A stretch of 64,000 bases of DNA from the human T2T-CHM13v2.0 reference genome, Homo sapiens: assembly GCF_009914755.1 (NCBI RefSeq), contig NC_060939.1; one strand, given 5' to 3'. Both the position numbers and the translations under genes were made by a program. Below the pieces are notes generated by a model. That model made no database searches and had not been told where the DNA came from. It saw only the letters and a list, made by a program, of their open reading frames with translations. Positions 55,886 to 64,000 of the stretch are shown in pieces. Each line of letters opens with the position of its first letter. Position 1 is the stretch's first letter.

Positions 55886-56764
55886 CTGCAGGGAGACAGC
55901 CAAGAGCAGCGGGTCACTGCCGGGTCCTGCTGTAGCCTCTCAGGCACCATTTTCTTTTCTGGATGGGGTGGACATTAAAGGCAACTGGGCATAGCCTCAC
56001 CTTCCTCTTTCCTGGCACCCTAACATCCTCTCTTGCCACATCACTCAGGCCCCAGACCCAGCTATTGCCAAGCTCTGGCCTCCAAGGAAGTTAAATAACA
56101 ATAATAAAAACAGTAACAATGACCAGCAAGGACCCCAGTTTCTCCACTTGCTAGTTGTGTGATCTTGAAGAACCTGAACTTCTCCGAGCCTTAGTTTGCT
56201 CATCTATTAAAATGAGGGCAGTAATTCTACTTGCCTTGTAGAGATCTTGGGAAGGTTAGATGTGAAAGCCATGAGCAAGGGCTTGGTGCATTCCACAGAG
56301 GAGGCACAGTGTTAGTTGACGGAAAGAAAGAGGGGAGGGTGGGTCTCATCTGAGCTGAGCAACTGAATACAACCAGACGTGTCAGCTTCATTTTTATAGA
56401 TGAGGAAATCGAGGCCCAGTCTCTGGGGTGAAGAGATTCTCAAAGTCACACACCAGCAGGCACAGTCACAAAGCCAAGTGTGCCCCCAGGTCTCCTTCCA
56501 TATTCCTTCCAGGCCCTTGTGCCTTCACCTGTTCCTGTGTCTGTCCTGGATGCACGTTGTCTGACTCTAAGAAGCTCCCCTGCCAACCCCATGTGCCCAC
56601 TGCACCTCAGGCAGGAGGGGTGGAAGCCCTCATTTCTTGATGTTTGCTTTTTGCCTCTTTGCTAGTAACATCTGATTCTGAGAGCTGGGCCCCCACTGGG
56701 AGAACCTCCCTGTCATCCCCCAAGCCAAGCCCATGCTCACCTGCTCCTCACCTGCCCTGGGAGC

Positions 56765-56893
56765 CTAGGGTACCAAGGGTACCGAGGAAGCCATGGGTAG
56801 TGGGGACACCATGGGTACTGAGGGTACTGAGGGTCCTGAGGGCTTGAAGGTGGGGTCCTCAGGGATGTAGACAGTGCTGTTCCCTTCAGGCAT
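56765..56893 (-). CDS. RHCG: RHCG exon 10 coding part: MPEGNSTVYIPEDPTFKPSGPSVPSVPMVSPLPMASSVPLVP* (exon continues as UTR to about 56741)
   Basis: Acceptor ctctctgtAG at 56895-56894; TAG stop at 56767-56765; donor CAG|GTGAGC at 56740. Confidence 0.96.
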   Translation of the reverse strand: MPEGNSTVYIPEDPTFKPSGPSVPSVPMVSPLPMASSVPLVP

Positions 56894-57554
56894 CTACAGA
56901 GAGAGGATGCAACTCTGAGGGCCCTGTCCCAGTCCAGGCAAGGGTGTCCCTGGTGACTAGAACCTGGAGCTGCAAATGGTGTGTGGCGAGCGCCACCTTG
57001 TGATCGCCGTGCGGATCACATGCCACGGAGAGCAGGGTGGTCCTTCAACACAGGAGTCCTGCCCCTACCCTATATTAGGCACTGTCCTGGGTGCTGAGGC
57101 ATGGCAAGGAGGAGACAGTGTCCTTGCCCCATGAGAGCAATGGTGAGGCATTGCAGTGAAATACCCAGTGACAGTAAGAGTTGCAAATGCACACAACAGG
57201 CTTATAACCCAGCCTGGGGGATGCTGAGAAGTTGTGCTGAACCCACTTTTAAAAGATGAATTGGAGTAAGGGGCAGAGGCGGTAAAAGGTAGTATGGCAA
57301 GCTCTGTAAACTGCAGACAGGTCCGAAAATGGGGTGGGGAAGGTGCAGGGAAGGCCAGAAGTGGGTAGAGAGGTGGAGGGCAGGCAGGGCAGGTCAGCCC
57401 TGCCCTTGCCCCATCTGTGGTCCTGGGGAACACTGGTCCAATCCCCATCCTCTGAGAAGCCACCTCACTCCCAAGGTAAACCACTCAGGGCCTCAGGGAC
57501 TGCCTGATAGTGTTCCTTCCATTGGCACAGAATTTTGTTATTCCCAACCAGGTA

Positions 57555-57852
57555 CAGCCAGCCCTCCATACCCATGGGTTTTGTATCAGCAGGTTACACC
57601 TATCACAGGTTGAAAATATTTAGAAAAAGCAACAACAAAAAATGACAATATAACAATAAAAATAATAAAAACAAAAAACAATACAGCATTTACATTGTGT
57701 TAGGTATTACAAGTAATCTACAGATTACTTAAAATATGTGGGAGGATACATGTAGGCTTTTATGCAAATACTATGCCATTTTATATCAGGGACTTGAGCA
57801 TCCCCGCAAGAGATCCTGTAACCAATCCCCTGAGGTTACTGGGGGACGTCTG
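57555..57852. mobile_element. Tigger3/MER7-like TcMar DNA transposon MITE
   Basis: TA-flanked CAGCCAGCCCTC...GGGACGTCTG termini; internal tacattgtgttaggtattacaagtaatcta and atgcaaatactatgccattttatatcagggacttgagcatcc. Confidence 0.8.
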
Positions 57853-58730
57853 TACTGCTCAAGGTATATAGAGCTGAGAGGTGTGAACTTGGAATAAATT
57901 ATAAAGATCAAAACAGAACCAAGAGGGAACTTCTACATGGGGGAACTGATAACATTTCTGATTTATTTCGTTAGCGTAAAATCTGTTGGTTTCTAATTGT
58001 GGTGTCTAAAATAGTTTAAGTTCTGACTTTCTTAAATATAGAATAGAAATAATTATCCTGTGAGAAAAGAAAGTTTATTAGGAATGTAATAACACAGAAC
58101 AATTCTTATGATAGAGTGGTAAGGAGAAAGAGACGGATACTAAATTGGGTGAATAATACAATTTCAACCGTGTAAGAAAAATCTATGCAGAGAAAAAAGA
58201 TAGAAAGGAAATATACCAGAAAATATTAATATTGCTTGACATAGGGTGACAGGATTTCTATTTTACTGTATTTCCAGATTTTCTTTAATGAGCGCCTAGT
58301 CATTTTTAATTAAAAACATTTTTAAAGAGTTAATTTAAGAGACATTCGTTATGTGCATGAAGTTACCTTATAGTAGATAGTAGTTAAAATTACCCTTAAA
58401 ACTTCTGGTATGGTTTTAAAAATACAGAGCTAAGTGAAAGGCATTATGGGTGGCCCCTTGTCCCAGGAGCCACAGACACAGGCGGGTCCTCACCCTTGTC
58501 ATGAGAGGACAGTGCAGGAGGCATGAGGGGAGTCCTGCCATCCTGCATCATCCAATGGCAGGTGGGCACCTCCAATCATGATTCATGGGGAGAGGCCAGC
58601 CTGAAGTCACAGAAAGCCCAGATTGTGGCATGTTTTTAAGGAAACTGAGTTCTGTGACATTCCACCACTTTCATATCTAGAACAATGTTCCTCAACTGCT
58701 GAAAGGGGTGGGATGCTGCAGAACTCAGTT

Positions 58731-59272
58731 GCCTGCCTGCTGCCTTCGTTCATTCCTTCCTGCCTGCCTTCCTTCCTGCCTGCCTTCCTTCCTGCCTTCC
58801 TTCCTTCCTGCCTGCCTTCCTTCCTTCCTGCCTGCCTTCCTTCCTGCCTGCCTTCCTTCCTGCCTGCCTTCCTTCCTGCCTGCCTGCCTTCCTTCCTGCC
58901 TGCCTTCCTTCCTTCCTGCCTGCCTTCCTTCCTGCCTGCCTGCCTTCCTGCCTTCCTGCCTTCATTCATTCCTGCCTGCCTGCCTTCATTCATTCCTGCC
59001 TGCCTGCCTTCCTTCCTTCCTGCCCGCCTTCCTTCCTTCCTGCCCGCCTTCCTTCCTGCCCACCTTCCTTCCTTCCTGCCTGCCTTCCTGCCTTCCTGCC
59101 TGCCTGCCTTCATTCATTCCTGCCTGCCTGCCTTCATTCATTCCTGCCTGCCTTCCTTCATTCCTTCCTTCCTTCCTGCCTGCCTGCCTTCCTGCCTGCC
59201 TGCCTTCCTTCCTTCTTTCCTTCCTTCCTTCCTTTTTCCTTCTTTTCTTTCCTTCCTTTTTTTTCTTCCTTT
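58731..59272. repeat. Compound (CCTT/CCTG/CATT)n tetranucleotide repeat, about 540 bp
   Basis: Seen directly; explains the spurious ORFs at 58607-59387. Confidence 0.97.
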
Positions 59273-59559
59273 TTGGTCTCACTCTGTCATCCAGGCTGGA
59301 GGGCAGTGGCGCAATCACAGCTCACTGCAACCTCTGCCCCCCCGCCCCAGGGTTCAAGTGATTCTCCTGCCTCAACCTCCTGAGTAGCTGGGATTATAGG
59401 CATGAGACACTGAGCCCGGCTAATTTTTTTTGTATTTTTAGTAGAGACAGGGTTTTGCCATGTTGGCTAGGCTGGTCTCGAACTCCTGACCTCAGGTGAT
59501 CTGCCCGCCTCGGCCTCCCAAAGTGCTGGGATTATAGGCATGAGCCACTGCGCCCAGTC
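59273..59559 (-). mobile_element. Alu (AluS-like) in RHCG intron 9
   Basis: Two-arm Alu; TSD CAGAACTCAGTT at 58719-58730 and 59560-59571. Confidence 0.93.
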
Positions 59560-59574
59560 CAGAACTCAGTTTCT

Positions 59575-60455
<881 letters not shown>

Positions 60456-60768
60456 GAATAAAGCTGACTGAGTCTTTAGGGACAAGAGTAAACTCCAGCT
60501 GTAGCCCTGACTATAGGTTGCTTCTGTCACCCCCTCTAGGGTGTGCAGAAAGAGAGGTACACATCACCCACTCCAAGCCCTGGGGTCTAGAGGGAAGAGT
60601 CTTCAACCTCCATGAGACACAGCCTCCCCCGATGAAGAAGTAGGGTAATGTAGGCTCTGACCCCCACCCCCGGCATCTGGGTCCCCAGGCCCCAGCCCAG
60701 CTGATGCAGTGGAGGCAGGGAGGGAACGCAGCTGCCCTCCTTCAGGGGGCCAAGTCCCTGGAACTCAC

Positions 60769-60842
60769 CTCCCAGTAGACCGCATCCTCAAAGCAGTTCT
60801 CATCTGAAGGTTGTCCCCAGAATGGTAATCTCAAAATGAGCC
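60769..60842 (-). CDS. RHCG: RHCG exon 9 (74 nt): [24 protein letters not shown]
   Basis: Acceptor ttctgtAG at 60844-60843; donor GTGAGT at 60768-60763; Rh motif FEDxxYW. Confidence 0.97.
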
Positions 60843-61095
60843 CTACAGAAAGTTGGAGATTACAGGATGTCAGGAAGTGCCTTCTCTCTGCTCACCCCAG
60901 CCATTTCCCTCAGCTGGGAAAATCCTCCTGGGGCCCTTGGGCTGAGTTCCAAATTGTCCCAGTCCTGTAGCCAGAAGTGCAGAGATCAGGGATTCCTGGG
61001 GGCTCAGGCTGACCTGTGCCGCATGCCCTTTGCTTCTCCACCCAGGGAGCCCCACAGCAGCACCCCCCTTCTCTGGCTCAGCCATTCCTGCTCAC

Positions 61096-61220
61096 CCACA
61101 ATGATGCCACCCATCAGGGCCATGGCCAGGGTCACCAAGAGACCATAAATCTGGAACTTTCCCTGTGTTCTTGCGGTCCAGTCCCCGTTGAAACCTTGAA
61201 AGTCAAAGGAATGGACAAGC
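61096..61220 (-). CDS. RHCG: RHCG exon 8 (125 nt): [41 protein letters not shown](G)
   Basis: Acceptor AG at 61222-61221; donor GTGAG at 61095-61091; phases (2 in, 1 out) fit the neighbouring exons. Confidence 0.96.
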
Positions 61221-61530
61221 CTGGGGTGGAGACAGGGGGCAGGTCAGGGCCCCATGGAGAGGCCAAGTAACAGCTTGCTGCCACCCCAAAAATGTGACCG
61301 GGTACCACGGGCCTCAGCCTTCCCACCCACAACATGGGGACACCGGACATATCAGTTGGCCTCTAAAACTCTAAGGGACAGAGTTTGGGGAGAGAGACCC
61401 ATGAAACAATTGGTCCAGAGTGGGGAAGGAAAGGGAGAAAGATGCAGTCGGGTCCCAGAGGAATAGCAGGAAGAAGGGATGGGAGAAGGAAGGGGGAAGC
61501 TCCATCCCACCGCACCTCCTCCACATTTAC

Positions 61531-61667
61531 CCTTCTTTTCCATAGACTTCAAGGCTGGCGGAGGCCGCTGTCACAGCACCCACGATGCCGCCTATGATGC
61601 CAGGAATGCCATGCAGATTGTTAATGCCACATGTGTCCTGGATGTGCAGCCGGGACTCCAGGAATGG
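61531..61667 (-). CDS. RHCG: RHCG exon 7 (137 nt): [45 protein letters not shown](G)
   Basis: Acceptor AG at 61669-61668; donor GTAAA at 61530-61526; DTCGxxNLHG motif carrying the conserved pore histidine. Confidence 0.97.
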
Positions 61668-61850
61668 CTGGAGACGGGAGGTGGGTGCTGCTCAGGCCGG
61701 GGGCTGCATCAAGGGTGTGGGGAGGCCGGGATTCCAGAGACCCAGGATTCTCTAGCCCTCAGCCCCCTCCCTAGGAACCCTCAGCTCACTGTCAGGAACA
61801 CAAAGACCTCAGCATTCTCTAGCCCCCAGCCCCTTGCCTGGGGCACTTAC

Positions 61851-61988
61851 GGTCAGGTATACAAAACCCAGGGTGGAGATGATGCCGCAGACGAAGCCGA
61901 TGATGAGGGCACCGTAAGGCATGAGCATCATCTCAGCAGCGGTACCCACGGCCACCCCTCCTGCGAGCGTGGCATTCTGGATGTGCAC
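61851..61988 (-). CDS. RHCG: RHCG exon 6 (138 nt): [46 protein letters not shown]
   Basis: Acceptor AG at 61990-61989; donor GTAAG at 61850-61846; Rh motif [11 protein letters not shown]. Confidence 0.97.
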
Positions 61989-62822
61989 CTGGGCAGGGCA
62001 GGCAGAGCAGGCAGGAACTCAGTCCTCTCCCTGGAGCACCGGGCCTGGAGGAGCTCACTTGCTGGCTGTGCAAGGGTGCAGCCTGGCTCCTGGGAGCCGG
62101 GGATGGCTGGGAGTTCACCTCAGCAAGCCAGGAGCCTGCAGAGGACTTCAGCCCCACCCAGGCTTGCTACAGCTGCTCCCTGTGCCTCTCTGCACATGCC
62201 ACCCATCCCGCCTAGTAGGTCTGGGCATTTTCCATGTGCTGGTGCACTTGCTGGTGAGCCCTGACAACAAGCACACTGTTGTTTTATGTATACCATGTAT
62301 ACCTGTGTGCCCAGACTAGCATGTCTGAACGTTCTTGCCATGGATGCAAGTCCACGTCAAGTGCCTATGGGGTCTAGACATAGGCACGCACCAGCTGCTG
62401 CTGTCTGAATGCTAACCTGTACCAGGTACCGTGCTGCTGGCTGTAGGGGTTAGCGCTTTCCATCTCTACAACAAGTCTGCAAGGTGAGGACAGTTATCTT
62501 GCAACATTTGCAGATGGCGAAACTGAGGTGAGGGGGGTTAAATGACTTGTCCAAGACCACAGAGCTAGCAAGAGGCAGAAAGGTGTCTTGATCCAGGTTG
62601 TGTGGCCCCAGAGTCCCTGTCCTTGACCCTATTCCATGTCCCTTCCTGCAGGTGGGTGTGGATACACACAGGTGTGCCAGTCTGTGTGTCTGATTCTCTT
62701 CCCCAGGTGCCTGAATCCCCACCTCTCTGCATGGTGATAGTGTCCCCAAATAATCGATACTCCAGACAGTGTCTCAGCACACATATGCCCACGTCAAGAC
62801 GCTTGTGTCAGATTATAAGATA

Positions 62823-63196
<374 letters not shown>

Positions 63197-63335
63197 TCAA
63201 AACAAATCATTTCTCCCCCAACCTCATCTGCAAGATGGGTGTGATGATCCCCTCAGAGGTGTTGGCAAGGCATGGTGATCAGCGCCCTCCAGGCCCAGGC
63301 AGTCAGAGCCACACCCCCAACGCCCTCATGCTCAC

Positions 63336-63502
63336 CATGTCCAGCTTGCCCTTCTTGTGCAGGGCACTGGATATTGCCACCGAGGTAAGCACGCAGGCTG
63401 CCAAGGAGCAGTAGGTGTTGATGGCGGCTCGGTGCTGGCTGTCCCCATGGTAGGATATGGCTGAGTTGAAGCTGGGCCAGTACATCCACAGGAAGAGGGT
63501 GC
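63336..63502 (-). CDS. RHCG: RHCG exon 5 (167 nt): (G)[55 protein letters not shown]
   Basis: Acceptor ctgaccAG at 63504-63503; donor GTGAG at 63335-63331; Amt/Rh motif WMYWPSFNS. Confidence 0.97.
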
Positions 63503-64000
63503 CTGGTCAGACCAGACAGGCCCAATGGGCCCGGGAGGAGAGGCATTAGATACAGCCCCACAGCTCAGGCAGGCATCCTGTCCTTTAGCTCTAGAGATGA
63601 CCCCACACCCAGCTGTTTCCACCTCTGCAGCTTTAGTCATGCAGGGGCTCTTCCTGGAAGGCCCTCCCTGCCTTCCTTACCCCCCACTTAGCCTTCCACA
63701 CCACTCCAGGAAGTCTACCCTGACCCCCATTTCTGGGCTAAATGCCCCCACCCTGTTCCCACAGCGCCAGGAGGGAGAATCTTTTCTCTACTGTAGGGAG
63801 ATCCTCCACATGGCACTGCTTTCTCTTCCACTACGCTGTGAGGAGCTCCTGGAGGGCAGGGCTGGGTTTTGAGAGACCAGAATGGCTGTGGTCAGTGTCT
63901 TCTCTGGAATGAATGGACACAGGAAGTGGAAATGCACATCTTGCCCTAGCCCAGGGGATGGAGTGAGCAGCTCCTGGTTACCACTGTGTCTGCCTTGGGG

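Noticed and set aside
58607-59387. Long ORFs of 168-254 aa (LPSFLPAC.../RKEGRQAG...)
   Set aside because: Translations of a tetranucleotide repeat plus Alu; no coding evidence
61479-62264. 261-aa ORF on the + strand
   Set aside because: Antisense shadow of RHCG exons 6-7 in GC-rich DNA; no recognisable domain

Overview
Primate (most likely human) genomic DNA, rich in Alu, MIR, L2, L1M, MLT and MER repeats. The right end holds the 3' half of RHCG, the Rh-family ammonia channel, on the minus strand: coding exons 5-10 and non-coding exon 11, all with canonical splice sites, plus an AATAAA. The gene identity places the window in the MIR9-3HG to RHCG interval of human chr15q26.1 (from knowledge of the gene, not a search). 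A decayed ~7.3 kb ERV1-class provirus (LTR-gag-pro-pol-truncated env-LTR, Arg PBS) lies at 46583-53839, convergent with RHCG. The remainder is intergenic, with two CpG-rich islands and several motif-dense, enhancer-like blocks. I found no convincing new protein-coding system. The most interesting unexplained signals are: a non-canonical REST/RE1 site; a perfect 24-bp inverted repeat 1.7 kb apart; a 47-bp templated insertion inside an Alu; inverted Alus flanking a stop-free, frame-closed RHCG exon 6-9 block; a RHCG 3'UTR that is open in frame up to the poly(A) site; and asymmetry between the two LTRs. Repeat subfamily names and boundaries are by eye and approximate.
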